Below, in pieces: positions 13,093-25,765 of a stretch of 64,000 bases of DNA (the first letter of the stretch is position 1; every line of letters begins with the position of its first letter). Location of the stretch: contig CAVNZM010000010.1 of the NCBI GenBank assembly GCA_963693365.1, positions 2,852,001-2,916,000 of the forward strand. Reading direction: 5' to 3'. Under the pieces are notes generated by a model that had not been told where the DNA came from, searched no databases, and saw nothing but the letters and a program-made list of their open reading frames with translations. A program made the position numbers and the translations under genes. This DNA comes from Amoebidium appalachense (taxonomy: Eukaryota; Protista; Ichthyosporea).

Positions 13093-13890
13093 CATCAGCA
13101 AAGGCCACCCACCCATCCATTCGGTATCATTCGGGCATCATGGATATTAGAATGATAGTACCCATCCACGAACCCACCCTTCATCCAACAATTTATCAGT
13201 CTGATACTCTTTTTGTTAAATCCTAATATCCGGTTATTTTAAGATATTAGAATGATATCCATGTCTAGATATCATTCTGATATTGGAATAGCCCCCGAAA
13301 AAGCCCGAAAAGCCCCCGAAAAAAGGCGTTGTTCTACTTGTTGCTCTATCCTTTGGCCATCCCGCTATGTATCATTCTGATAACATAATAGATATTGGAA
13401 TGATACATACCCTCAAATGCTCTACGTTTTCAGATAGGGGTAAACATATCTGAATGAGACTTGAATAGTACATTACAAAGTACAAAAAGTGCCCTCGTTG
13501 GTCATAAACGGTTATCCAAATGATATCATAATGATATCATTGCAAGAACGGGAGGTGTATTATAATATCTTTGTATGCCCTAGTATGGTATTGGTATGAT
13601 AGAAGAAAATGAAATTATCTTCCTTTCCTGATATCAGAATGGTCTCATTCTAATACCGTGAATGATATCCAAATGATATCTATTGTAGAAAAGGGGGTGT
13701 ATTATAATATCTTTGAATGCCCTATTATGGTATTGGTATGATAGAGGAAAATGTAACGAAATTCCTTTCCTAATATCATATTGGTGTCATATTAATATCG
13801 TGAATTCCAAAACCTCATATCATAATAGCACTATTCCAATATCTTAAAATCGTGGAACATTTAAATCTGTACCCTATTATAGTATCATAA

Positions 13891-14582
13891 TTCTTATGCC
13901 AACGTCGTCTTTACCAGCCCCAGCAAGGGGATACATGAGCCGGTGCCTGTGGATCAATCTCACAAGCAGGCACAGGTGTGCTCCACAGGAGCAATGAAAA
14001 GAATGACAAATGTCATACAGAAACATGCTCAAAAAACGTAGCCTAGTGCCTAAATAGGCAAAGGGTGTGGTGGGTGGGCAAAAACTTAGCTAAAAAATTG
14101 TACCTAAAGAGACCTAAACGCGCTCAGTAGCGCCGCAACTGACCTCCCTGGGGCCGCGCAAGCTCATTATAGAGCGCGGCCCACATTTTTGCCTATGGAA
14201 ATATGAAGAAATGACTTAGAACCTATCAAATCCATGAAATCTACCAAAATGGAATTTTTGCTGCACATCAACCAATGAAAAATTTTCACAAGTGGCTAAA
14301 ACCCCTAGATCATAAAGACCAAATCGATTGCCGCCCATTTCGGACTAGATATAACTCAAACTCATCAATATATCCATATGGCATATCCCACAGAACATAA
14401 AAACAGCTACAGCTCCGTAAATAAAAATGCTAGCAGCCTGAAACTTTGCACACACATCAAACACACCATGGCCTACAGCATTATACTACCACGAAGTTTA
14501 CAGCACACTCGCAACACACAATGTCACTCCAACGGGGCTATCTAATTCTCCTGCACAGAAAACACGTTTACAAACTTAATAT
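13891..14582 (-). mobile_element. Solo A-spacer-B unit of family A (~690 bp)
   Basis: Reverse complement of 40487-41177. Confidence 0.9.
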
Positions 14583-14987
14583 TGAGAGACATGTATATCA
14601 TTATGGTCACCTTTGATTGTCGTTGTGGGCATCATAATGGTCACTTAAAATATATCATTCGTGTACCATAATGGTACCATTTTATTGATTCGTTCCGTCG
14701 TCGACGTCCCCCCCCCCCCCCCCCGGTCGATCTGCTATTAGCACTAAACTGTATTCAGACTTAGAAAACAAAAAAAAAAATTCTAAGTAAATCTCAAAAA
14801 AAACAAAAAAAAAATTTTTTTCTAAGTAAATCTCAAAAAAATTTCTAAGTCTCGCTCAAAGAGAACTACGTATCATGATGTTTTTCAAAAGTTCTAAGAC
14901 ACACGCCCAGCGTGTGTTAATACCGTCACATTTTAACCTTCCAAACAACCAAAAAAAAACATAACAATATACTAATATTTTTGTTAG

Positions 14988-16343
14988 TTAGTATACTAAA
15001 TTATTATTTCTTTTAGTCTTGTGGTTCAATTTCTTGGGGGGGATCTTTATGGGTGATTTTGCGGGCCGCTTATTGGCGACGCGCGACGCCTCGTCGCTGC
15101 TGCCGCTCTCACGCTCCTTGTCCCCCGCACCGCCAACCACCGACCTGTTGCCGTCCAACAGCTTGAGGTCCACCACCTTCTCGTTGGACTGCTTCGTGGA
15201 AAGCTTGTCGTCTCCCTTCTCGTCTTGCACATCAGCTGACAGGCTGAGGACTGCCTTCTCCCGGGCCTTGCAGATCTTTTCCCAGGTCTTTGCATACTGG
15301 GTTGGGACAGAAGGAGATTGTGTGAGTGTTTTTAACTTTTCTGGCTAGCCTGAGCATGGGAAAAATGCTATCACAATGTTACAATACCAAACCTAAAGAT
15401 GACATGATAGGATGATACTTGCCCACGCTTAGGAGATATCCTTAAAACACTACGATGATACGTAACCCATACATACGACTTATCAATATCATCTTTTCGA
15501 TATCCATACGTTGTCTTTCGGACCGGAGCTAAAACACAATGATGGGGGGGGGGGGGGGGGGGGTTGAATGCAGAACACGGTACGAAATACGCATACACGA
15601 TGAGAAGCATGGTGCAGGACACATGCAAAGGCAAACATTCAAGTATGCAACATCAGCCATGTGCACAGTATGCGTCATAAGCAGAGCCCATCCTCAGGGA
15701 GGACCCGGGGGGGAGGGGGGGGGGGGTAGTTGTTTACCTTGCTGATCTCTGATGGCCGAGCACCACCCTCGTAGTCAGGCATGTCAGTTCCATACTTCAC
15801 AGCTGACCACGAAATCTGAGTGGCAGACTTGTGGGCCATTGGATCCCGCAGTCCGCACTCAAATGTGTGGAGCATGAAGCTGAAGAGCTCGGGCAACGCC
15901 TTTTGAAACTCCTGTGTGGGTGTTGGTGTGTGTGTTGCGTGTACGTACACGTAAGCATGTGTGTATGTGGTGATGAGGAAAGGGGGTATTCTCCATTAGC
16001 AGCAAATAAAACCGAATTCGACAATGAAAAATCTGAAATGACTTGAGGAAGTGGGAAGCTGAATGGATACTGGATAACCATGCATGTACCGTTTCTCTGA
16101 GTGATAAGGATTTGATGTCTTGTGTGGTTATGTGTTGGTGATTCGTACGTGGGACAACAGGGGGAAGTGGGAGGGAGGGAGTGGGAGGGAGGGAGTGGGA
16201 GTGAGTGTGTTGTGTGTGTGTGTGTGGGGGGGGGGGGGTCACAGTGCATTAAGAATGAACCAATAAGGAAGAACAACAACATTAAACATGAATAAGCATG
16301 TTAAAAAAAAGCAGCATGAGAAGATTTCGTCTTTGATTGCGGG

Positions 16344-16374
<31 letters not shown>

Positions 16375-16653
16375 GGGGGGGTAATGGGCACAAACGTTTA
16401 GTGTCTTGAAGCTGCTGAGGCGGTTCTTGATGTAGGAGCCGTTGATGGGGGACATGCACATGATGCGGTGAAGGGCGGGGTTGCCCCATGGGTTGCCCGT
16501 CACCGGATCGACGCTGTACATGCGGCCACAGGGATGGTTGTTGCACTCAACTTGAACCTCCACCAACCACCCCTACCACGTCTTCTTGCGGTACCTAACC
16601 TGGTCTGCCAACTTGTCGGGGTCGGCGGCATTGACAGGGGCAACCTGGAACAT
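14988..16653 (-). pseudogene. Three exons (16653-16396, 15911-15738, 15296-14988) of a transposon-borne gene of unknown function, homologous to the 3' exons of the 51585-56941 gene
   Basis: GT-AG phase-0 introns; PCGRMYSVDP, DPMAHK...DYEGGAR and YAKTWEK match the other copy; in-frame TAG near 16573. Confidence 0.75.
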
Positions 16654-17267
16654 CTGTGTTGGTGGGCATGGAGGCATTTGACAGTTTTTTGGAAGGGGGG
16701 GGGGAGGGGGGGGGGGGGGGGGGAGGGGGGGGGAGGGGGGGGAGGAGAGGGGCTTTTGGTGTGTGTGTGTTTTTTTGTATGTGTGGGTGGGGAAGTGAGT
16801 GAGTGTGTGTGTGTGTACACACGTGTTTGGAAGGGGGGGGGGGGGGGGTTAGAATGAATGAATAACACTAAATGCTAACATGTGAAACACGTTGTGCTGA
16901 AAGACAAAAGCACAAACTTATGAAGTCTAGAGAAGCAGAAAATAGCTTGAACGACTGGTGGAAGGGATGATAGCTATAGTGCTAACAGCAAAAGTAGTGC
17001 CCACAGTCGCTGGTTCATGAACGTGAAAAGGCAACGTGCATCTGCAGCCAGCAGAACACACGCACACACACGCACACACACACACATACACACACACGCA
17101 CACAGACACAGACACAGACACAGATATAATCACAGGCACGGACACAGACCAGACAGACAAACGCCATATGCACAAAAGCAGGCAACACAAAACTAACCTT
17201 CAAACGGCCTTTCAGCCGTTAGGCGAAGATGCTGCAGCATGGTCGAAACCATTCAGCACGGTGGCTG

Positions 17268-17390
17268 CGCGACCTGCGGAGGGGACCTGTGACCAGGCGA
17301 CCTGCGGGAAGGGAACTGCGACCAGGCGACCTGCGGGAAGGGACCTGCGACCAGGCGACCTGCGGGAAAGGACCTGCGGACCTCCGGGAA
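17268..17390. repeat. ~30-bp GC-rich minisatellite, about 4 copies
   Basis: GCGACCTGCGGGAAGGG(A)ACCTGCGACCAG repeated. Confidence 0.85.
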
Positions 17391-17782
17391 GGGGGAAGAG
17401 AAATGGAGCAAACAACGTGCGTACAGGCTTAAACGGACAAAAAATTGCAAACCGGATTGGGTTTAGCCAATCACTATTTGCTATAGACCGGTTTAGTAAC
17501 CGCCGCGCCTGATTAGGGAAAAGATAAAAATAGCGCGCGCGTGCATCAGCTTGGTGCCCTTAGCGGTAGTGCCCTTAGTCACAACTATCAGACTATGTTA
17601 CGTGTCCTCCACTTCTTTGTTCTTGACCATTTTTTCGGCATGAAAGGGTTTCTGTTACTTCTTGCTGTCCTTCTTAGCGTGCTTGCTTGTCTTTTTTTCA
17701 ACATGGGTGTCACTGGCGCTTTCGACTTCTTTGAAATCACACGTGTACGTTGACACAAGCACGAATGCACACAGCCTCACCC

Positions 17783-17821
17783 ATACTCACACTCACACCC
17801 ACAGCTCATGCTCACACTCAA

Positions 17822-17894
<73 letters not shown>

Positions 17895-17925
17895 CGCGCG
17901 CACTCACACACACTCACACATGCAC

Positions 17926-17961
<36 letters not shown>

Positions 17962-18158
17962 CGCGCACACACAGGCGCGTACACACACACAGGCGCACAC
18001 CTACACAATACACACAGCACATGCACACACAAGTGCACGCACGCACACACACTGTTATCCCTGATCATGATGCCCCCTCCCCCCTCCCTCTTCCCCCCCG
18101 CGCACCCCCCCCCCCCCCCATACTCACACTCACACCCACAGCTCATGCTCACACTCAA

Positions 18159-18219
<61 letters not shown>

Positions 18220-18247
18220 GCGCACGCACACACACTCACACATGCAC

Positions 18248-18279
<32 letters not shown>

Positions 18280-18900
18280 GGCGCGCACACACAGGCGCGC
18301 ACACACACACAGGCGCACACCTACACAACACACACAGCACATGCACACACAAGTGCACGCACGCACACACACTGTTATCCCTGATCATGATGCCCCCTCC
18401 CCCCTCCCTCTTCCCCTCCGCGCACCCCCCCCCCCCCCCCCCCCCCCCACCCACCCACCTACAAAGACGAAAACGTTTATCTGTGTTCCAGACCGTGTGC
18501 GCTCTACTCCTCTCCCCTCTCCCGCACACAATGAGCCCCCCTCCTCCCCCCCCCCCCCCCCCCCCCCTGTGCATGCAGGAACGCACACATATGCACACGT
18601 GCGCATACATCATATATATGGCGGTTGAGTCACAACCCATTTGCAAACCACACACGTGTGCACGCATGGACGTCGCGCACACACACAACGGCACACACAC
18701 ATAAATGCTCGCGCGCTCACAGCACACATACACACACACTCACTCACAAACACGCACACACACACACACACACACACTCCTCTCTCTCTCTCTCTCTCTC
18801 TCTCCCTCTCTCTCTTCTCTTTCTCTTTCTCTCTCTCTCTTTCTCTTTCCCTCTTTCTCTGATCTGTCTCTCTCTCTCTCCCTCTTCCTTCTCTCTCTCT
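17783..18900. repeat. Duplicated ~340-bp (CA)n/poly-C block followed by CA and CT microsatellites
   Basis: 17783-18120 repeated at 18121-18450. Confidence 0.85.
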
Positions 18901-20040
18901 CTAGTAGTGGCAAGTGGAAAGAAAAAATAGGTGATACCCTACTTGGTTTTTTTCTTCTCAATTTTATCTAAATCTCATCATGATAGGGTATTTTTGGTTT
19001 ACGTATACACTTGGCTCAGCTTGCATGTACGGGAAACACAAGTTAAGCATGTTAAATAACGATACATTGACATATTTCAACCTGTTGACTATCAGTATCC
19101 ATCATGGGCTTAGTGATTACGACCCCGTCTCAACATTGACCTCGTAAAAACCAATAAACTGTCTGATCCAAATCACAATGGACCCAATATCGTGCCCCCC
19201 CCCCCCTCCTAAATATGGAACTTTCATGGTGTTACACGGAACTATTTAAAAAAAACAAAAAAAAAAAAAAAAAAAAACACTCATATACTCTTTGAACTCG
19301 CAAAGAACCAATCCCTAATACTTGTACATGTATTGCATACACAAATATACTCGCACATATACATACACACATTCACTTTAATCTTTCAGGCTACATGTGC
19401 AATATACATTTATTATGCACAGTCGATTAAGAATTCGTTGTGAAACCCCCCCCCCCCCCCTCCCCCCTCCTCGTTCCCTCCATATGCAATGGGGATAATA
19501 TTGTTTCCCGCTATTAGTTAAAAAATCACCGTTCTAACTTCCTAAGACCGAACCACTTGTAACACCGACAGTTTCGGTTGTGTTCAAACCCCCCCCCCCC
19601 CCCCCCCCACCACCACCTTACCAATATACGTTACGTATTGGTACAATATCACCAATACTAATTAAATGTCGTCACGTGTGATGGTGATGGCATCCATGTA
19701 GCTCTGCAGCAGTGTGTGTGTGCGGTGCGTGTGTGTGTGGTGTGGAGGCCTGGGGTGGGGGGGGGGGGGGGGAGGGGACAGGGGGGGGGGGGGGGGGGAT
19801 ATACAAATACCAGACATGCATAATTGCGCATTCTTTTGCAGCTACAGTTTGATGATATTTACCCACCGTGTGCACCACTTGTGACCCCAGTCTTCCGAGG
19901 TGGTGTCATAGGTGGGCGTCAACACCAATAAATTGACTGGTGACGGGTGTACAACCAAAGAAACTCAGCAGCACATATAATAACGTTGATACTATACCCT
20001 GCCTAGTTGACGTAATAATTAGTGCACCATCGCACGCGTG

Positions 20041-20071
<31 letters not shown>

Positions 20072-20078
<7 letters not shown>

Positions 20079-21650
20079 GGGGTGTTTTTGCCGCGCCGTA
20101 CCCCTGATATTGTAAGTGTACACTGCCCCCACAACCCCAACCCCACACTCACCATCCCACCCATAAACTTTGTGGTAAATTTCTCGTGCCAGAAGCTGTT
20201 CTGTGGGTAGTTATTGAAAAACCAATAATGTCTAGGTAACATATGTACATATACTATGCTACAAGGGGGGTTCTATACGAGCTACAACGTTGTGTTTTTT
20301 TTGTGTGACTCTCGTACTCCAGGGGCACATTCCCCATCCCCCCCATAAACTGTGTGGTAAATTTCTCGTGCTAGAAGCTGTTCTGTGGGTAGTTATTGAA
20401 AAAACCAATAATGTGTAAGCAACACATGTACATATACTATGCTACAAGGGGCGTTCTATTCGAGCTACAACGTTGTGTTTTTTTCGTGTGACCCTCGTAC
20501 TCCAGGGGCACATTTACCATCCCCCCCATAAACTTTGTGGTAAATTCCTCGTGCTAGAGGCTGTTCTGTTGGTAGTTATTGAAACTTTAAATAATGTCTA
20601 GGTAACATATGTACATATACTATGCTACAAGGGGGGTTCTATACGAGCTACAACGTTGTGTTTTTTTCGTGTGACCCTCGTAATGCAGGGGCACATTCAC
20701 CATCCCCCCCCATAAACGTTTTGGTAAATTTCCCGTGCTAGAGGCTGTTCTGTGGGTAGTTATTGAAAAAATCAATTCTTATGCCAACGTCGTCTTTACC
20801 AGCCCCAGCAAGGGGATACATGAGCCGGTGCCTGTGGATCAATCTCACAAGCAGGCACAGGTGTGCTCCACAGGAGCAATGAAAAGAATGACAAATGTCA
20901 TACAGAAACATGCTCAAAAAACGTAGCCTAGTGCCTAAATAGGCAAAGGGTGTGGTGGGTGGGCAAAAACTTAGCTAAAAAATTGGGCCTAAAGAGACCT
21001 AAACGCGCTCAGTAGCGCCGCAACTGACCTCCCTGGGGCCGCGCGAGCTCATTATAGAGCGCGGCCCACATTTTTGCCTATGGAAATATGAAGAAATGAT
21101 TTAGAACCTATCAAATCCATGAAATCTACCAAAATGGAATTTTTGCTGCACATCAACCAATGAAAATTTTCACAAGTGGCTAAAACCCCTAGATCATAAA
21201 GACCAAATCGATTGCCGCCCATTTCGGACTAGATATAACTCAAACTCATCAATATATCCATATGGCATATTCCACAGAACATAAAAACAGCTACAGCTCC
21301 CTAAATAAAAATGCTAGCAGCCTGAAACTTTGCACACACATCAAACACACCATGGCCTACAGCATTATACTACCACGAAGTTTACAGCACACTCGCAACA
21401 CACAATTTCACTCCAACGGGGCTATCTAATTCTCCTGCAAAGAAAACACGTTTACAAACTTAATATAATGTCTAGGTAACACATGGACATATACTATGCC
21501 AGAAGGGGGTTCTATACGAGCTACAACGTTGTGTTTTTTTCGTGTGACCCTCGTACTCCAGGGGCACATTCACCATCCCCCCTTATAATTTGAGGTGAAT
21601 TTCTCATGGTAGAAGCTACTCTGTGGGTAGTTATTGAAAAAACTCGATGC
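20072..21650. repeat. Inverted copy of the ~183-bp tandem array with the same terminus
   Basis: Starts CCGGGGGGTGTTTTTGCCGCG; unit marker TTCTAT at ~20271, 20454, 20637; interrupted by a solo unit. Confidence 0.9.
20776..21466 (-). mobile_element. Solo A-spacer-B unit of family A inserted in the ~183-bp array
   Basis: Reverse complement of 40487-41177; flanks rejoin CAAT|AATGTCTAGG. Confidence 0.9.
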
Positions 21651-21895
21651 TTATAAGTAACGCATCATGCGGCACAAATTGTCATCATAGCATTACACTA
21701 CCATCATAGTTGGTCGACAATAACGATATATTGGGAACGTGGACACCATATTGTAAACCAAAAAATAATACCACCATAATATACTACACATACCTAACAA
21801 TGTATTGTGAATGAATAAAATACTTGCTTACGTGCTGGTAAAATACGAGAAACAAGGATTCTCTCGCTCCTTTTTTTCTTTTTTTTGTTTGTTTT

Positions 21896-21934
<39 letters not shown>

Positions 21935-22132
21935 ATGTATGTGTGTGTGTATGTGCTCGGTTGAGAGGGAAGGGGGGGGCGGATGCACCGTGTGTGTGCA
22001 TGTGTGCACGTGTGTGTGTGTGTGTGCTCTGTGGAGAGGGAATGGGAGGGGAGGAAATGCACCGTGTGTGTGCATATGTGTGTGTGTCTCTCTGTATGTG
22101 TGTGTGTGTGTGTTGTGTGTTTGTGTGTGTGT

Positions 22133-22188
<56 letters not shown>

Positions 22189-22957
22189 ATCAATGATAAG
22201 CCGGCCATGTGTTTATCATGGCGCACCGGTAAATGAATGTGGCGATTATGTGTAAATATATAAACGGAAATCTATGAAAACTACTCCGGGACGTGTGTTG
22301 CCTCTAGGGGGACATCCCCTTGGACGAAAGTGAACCTGCAATGGTTGTAAACCACGGCAAGCCCCCAGTCATCAATTTATTGATCCGTGAGGTCCATGTG
22401 CCCAAAAAAACGGGGGAAGTCTTCGCCCCGTGAAAAAACAGCACGTATGTGTGGATCAATGGGGGTTGTGTGTGGGTGTAGGTGGGTGGGTGAAAAAGGA
22501 ATATATAGCTGTAAGGCTGTGGATGCTAAACACAGAAGATGTGTTTGTAGCTTGCTGATCTGCTAAAAACTGTCGTGCTTATATACCTAAGCCTACCGAT
22601 CTGAGCCAATCAAAAACCGATCTAGTGATATGTGAAATCTGATCCGAGCCAATCATAACTCGGTCTAGTGATCTGTGGTATCTGATGTTTTGACTGGCTA
22701 ATAGGTGCCCGTGTGCGGGCAGCCAACCGCTAACTGCTAAAACACGAAATGAAGCCTACATGGTTATGTTGGTACCGAACACCCATCCTACGTGTTTACC
22801 CAGAAAAATATTTATGTCAATAATTTCCACAAATAAAACCTCTATGAAAACTACTCCGGGACGTGTGTTGCCTCTAGGGGGACATCCCCTTGGACAAAAG
22901 TGAACCTGCAATGGTTGTAAACCACGGCACGAGAGCAGTATGCTTGCTCCAAAGGTT

Positions 22958-23989
22958 TCACTTAAGAATAGAGGCGAATACACGTGTGGTGGTGGCAGCA
23001 ATGGAGGCCGGACGAAGTCGGGTATAGATCAGGAAGCAGTCGGAGGACCACCTGCCGAGTTGTTTGATCCGGGAGTCGTCGACCCCGGCCTCAGCCAGTG
23101 CTGTGGCCCCCCCGATGCGGAGGCTGTGTCCGGCAAACCGGGAGGGTGAGAGGCCTGCCCGGGAGAGGAGGGCACGGAAATCGGCAGAGAAAGCACTCTT
23201 GGTGTAGGGGATGCCACCGAGACTGAAGAGGGGGTCGTCGGGTTGACCGGACGTTGTATCCAGGAACTGCCGGAGGAGATGGGCTGGGGAGAAGTGGGTG
23301 AGGGGCAGGGCAGCTAGGGTGACGTTGACACCTCGGGCCTGTACATCCGTTTTAGAGGTTGGCAGGTGGAGGGTGGCATGGGACAAAGTACCGGTGGGGG
23401 TGTAGCTGAAGGTCACGTCCTTCCGTTTAACGTGACGGGATGGGTCGAAAGAAGTCAGGGTCTTGGAGGTAAATTCCCCTGAACGGAGGAGACCACAGAA
23501 ACCGACGATGAGGGCCGTCCATAGCCGGAGATTGGCCGAGGAGGCCTTGGTGGGGCACTGGCCATGGAGTAGGCGGAGGTGGGAGGGGAGGAGGGGTTCC
23601 CTGGTGGATGAGCGGGGTCGGATGTTGTGAGAAAGCTGCCATCGGCCCACCCCCCGTAGGAACCAGGCCAGAGACTTGTCGTGGGGGTAGGGAGCAGGGA
23701 GGCCCATGTCGAGGTGGAGCCTAGTGATGGCCGAATTGTAGCCGGTTAAGGAAGAGGCCTGTACCCCTCGTTGGGCACACCAGGCGAGAAAAAGTTGCAC
23801 GGTGTGTGGGGAGCCCGGGAGGGAGGACCCGGAGGAGGATTGCAGCCGAGATGCCACACAGAAATCGATGAACACTTTTTGCACCCGGGAGTAAAAGGCC
23901 CGAGAGTCGAGGTTGAGACTCAGGGCCTGGCATTCCTGCAGGGTAGTGGTGGCTCGAAGCAGCTCGGCCGGAGCAAAGTGGGGGGCCAA
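22958..23989 (-). CDS. Tyrosine recombinase of the Ngaro-like element
   Basis: LLRSGEF, SKTD, GHSLRIGGAT, LGRWSS..FLIY catalytic motifs. Confidence 0.93.
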   Translation of the reverse strand: MAPHFAPAELLRATTTLQECQALSLNLDSRAFYSRVQKVFIDFCVASRLQSSSGSSLPGSPHTVQLFLAWCAQRGVQASSLTGYNSAITRLHLDMGLPAPYPHDKSLAWFLRGVGRWQLSHNIRPRSSTREPLLPSHLRLLHGQCPTKASSANLRLWTALIVGFCGLLRSGEFTSKTLTSFDPSRHVKRKDVTFSYTPTGTLSHATLHLPTSKTDVQARGVNVTLAALPLTHFSPAHLLRQFLDTTSGQPDDPLFSLGGIPYTKSAFSADFRALLSRAGLSPSRFAGHSLRIGGATALAEAGVDDSRIKQLGRWSSDCFLIYTRLRPASIAATTTRVFASILK

Positions 23990-24042
23990 TCTGCCAGTGT
24001 TGCTCCGGAACGGGAGATCTGGGGGGGGGGGGGGGGGGGGGG

Positions 24043-25509
24043 TTAGCCCAAGGGAAGGGATAGGAACTCGTGGACCCAGGAGGGGAAGGGGCAGGGCTCC
24101 GGTTGCAGGGAAGGTCGGAGTCGTCGGGCCCGGGGAAGTTGGTTACGAGAAATGGCATCGGCCAGATGGTTGAGGGGTCCTGGTAGGTAGGATGCCTGTA
24201 ACGTAAATTGGTATTGCATTTCCATGCGGGTGATGGACCGAATAAGTTTGGCCATCACGGGGTGGGGGGAAGACCGGGAGTGCAGGTCAGACACAGCACC
24301 CGTGTTGTCGCATAAAATACGGACATGGTGGGTGGACCAGGAGGGGGCCCAGAGGGCCACGGCGGCTGCGATGGCCAGGAGTTCGATGACGGAAGAACCG
24401 AGTTTACCCTCATGAGCATAGAGGGCTTGGGTGGAGGGGGACCAGGGCATGAAGAACCATTGGTCGAGCCAGTGGCCTCCTAGACCCACCGATCCGGCAG
24501 CATCAGTGGCCAGGGTGGTGTATGTGGGGGGTGTGATGAGGTGCACCCCATTCCATGATGTGAGGAACTGGTGCCATTCGGCTATGTCGGCCCGGGCGGC
24601 AGCAGTCAGTCGTATGTGGTGGTGGCCGGCAAGGTGTGGGTGGGTCCGGAGAAGGGCCCATAGGCGCTGGGAGAAGGCCCTCCCGGGGGGAACCAGCTGG
24701 GCACACCAGGTGAGTTTGCCGAGGAGGGACTGGAGGTCCCGAATGGTGATGGTGGGCTTTGGGTGGGAAGTGAGGTCGAGTAGGTCCGAGAGCTTGGAAG
24801 CCGGGATTCGCGCCTCCATGGCGATGGAGTCGAATTCGATACCGATGAAGACGACACGGGTAACCGGGCCCTGCATCTTGTCTTCGGAGATGGCAATGTG
24901 CAGCTCTCGGCAGAGTTGCAGGAAGGTGGATAGGTGACGTTGGCACTGCTCTTGTGTGGGGGCGACTATAATCCAGTCGTCTACGTAGTGGCGGATGAGG
25001 GTAATACCGTGCTGGTGTGCCAGCCACTGTAGGGTGGCCGCGATCCGTTCCCAGATGGCTGGGCTAGATTTCAGGCCGAAGGGCAGTCTGGTTTCAACGT
25101 AAAAATGCCCTTGCCATTTGAATGCCATTAAGTGGTGGTCTTCCGGTCGGATGGGCATGTGCCGGAAGGCAGCCTGCACATCTGCCACGGCCATGTAGCA
25201 GCCGGGGCCTGCGTCGAGAATGAGTTGGGTGACATCCCGGGCGCGAATGTACTGAAGTTCGTCGGGGTAGGTGATGCTGTCATTGACACTGCTACCCCGG
25301 GGCCAGGAGAGGTGGTGGATTCGACGGTACTTGGGGGGGTTCCCTTTCTTGGTAACGGCGCCAATGGGGGAGGAGCGGTGGACCAAAAATTCGTCAAAGA
25401 ATTGGGCCGGGGAGAGGGGGCCGCGCAGGTGGCCGAGGGCGACTTCTTTGGCAATATCCACCGTGATAGCGGCAGCTGCCTCCGGGGTGGTGGGTAGGTT
25501 GGGGCCCAC
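24043..25509 (-). CDS. Reverse transcriptase / RNase H of the Ngaro-like element (true start probably further upstream)
   Basis: DVQAAF, RLPFGLKSSP, YVDD; RNase H TDAAG, IELLA, CDN, NHLADAISR. Confidence 0.93.
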   Translation of the reverse strand: MGPNLPTTPEAAAAITVDIAKEVALGHLRGPLSPAQFFDEFLVHRSSPIGAVTKKGNPPKYRRIHHLSWPRGSSVNDSITYPDELQYIRARDVTQLILDAGPGCYMAVADVQAAFRHMPIRPEDHHLMAFKWQGHFYVETRLPFGLKSSPAIWERIAATLQWLAHQHGITLIRHYVDDWIIVAPTQEQCQRHLSTFLQLCRELHIAISEDKMQGPVTRVVFIGIEFDSIAMEARIPASKLSDLLDLTSHPKPTITIRDLQSLLGKLTWCAQLVPPGRAFSQRLWALLRTHPHLAGHHHIRLTAAARADIAEWHQFLTSWNGVHLITPPTYTTLATDAAGSVGLGGHWLDQWFFMPWSPSTQALYAHEGKLGSSVIELLAIAAAVALWAPSWSTHHVRILCDNTGAVSDLHSRSSPHPVMAKLIRSITRMEMQYQFTLQASYLPGPLNHLADAISRNQLPRARRLRPSLQPEPCPFPSWVHEFLSLPLG

Positions 25510-25730
25510 CCGAGAGGTGGAGGGGCCGCGATAGCCGATGTCGACGCCGAATTCGACATCGTGGAGGAGTTGTGTGGCGAATGGTTGGTCCGGGTAGGAG
25601 GCCAGCAGTTCCCGGAGGCGGGAGGTGTCAATGTGGTGCTGGGGCAGCGGGCGGGCCTCCGGGTCTGAGCCTCGGGGGAAGGGGTCACCCGGTTAGCAAG
25701 GGTGGTGTACCCTTGGGGAGATCCCCGCAG

Positions 25731-25765
<35 letters not shown>

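Noticed and set aside
16570-16576. In-frame TAG suggesting a TAG=Gln nuclear code
   Set aside because: Intact gag and YR ORFs terminate at TAA/TAG; isolated TAGs fit point mutations in decayed copies
17662-18971. His-Thr / Cys-Val / poly-Pro ORFs (also ~21800, 60700-63500)
   Set aside because: Translations of (CA)n, (GT)n and C/G runs
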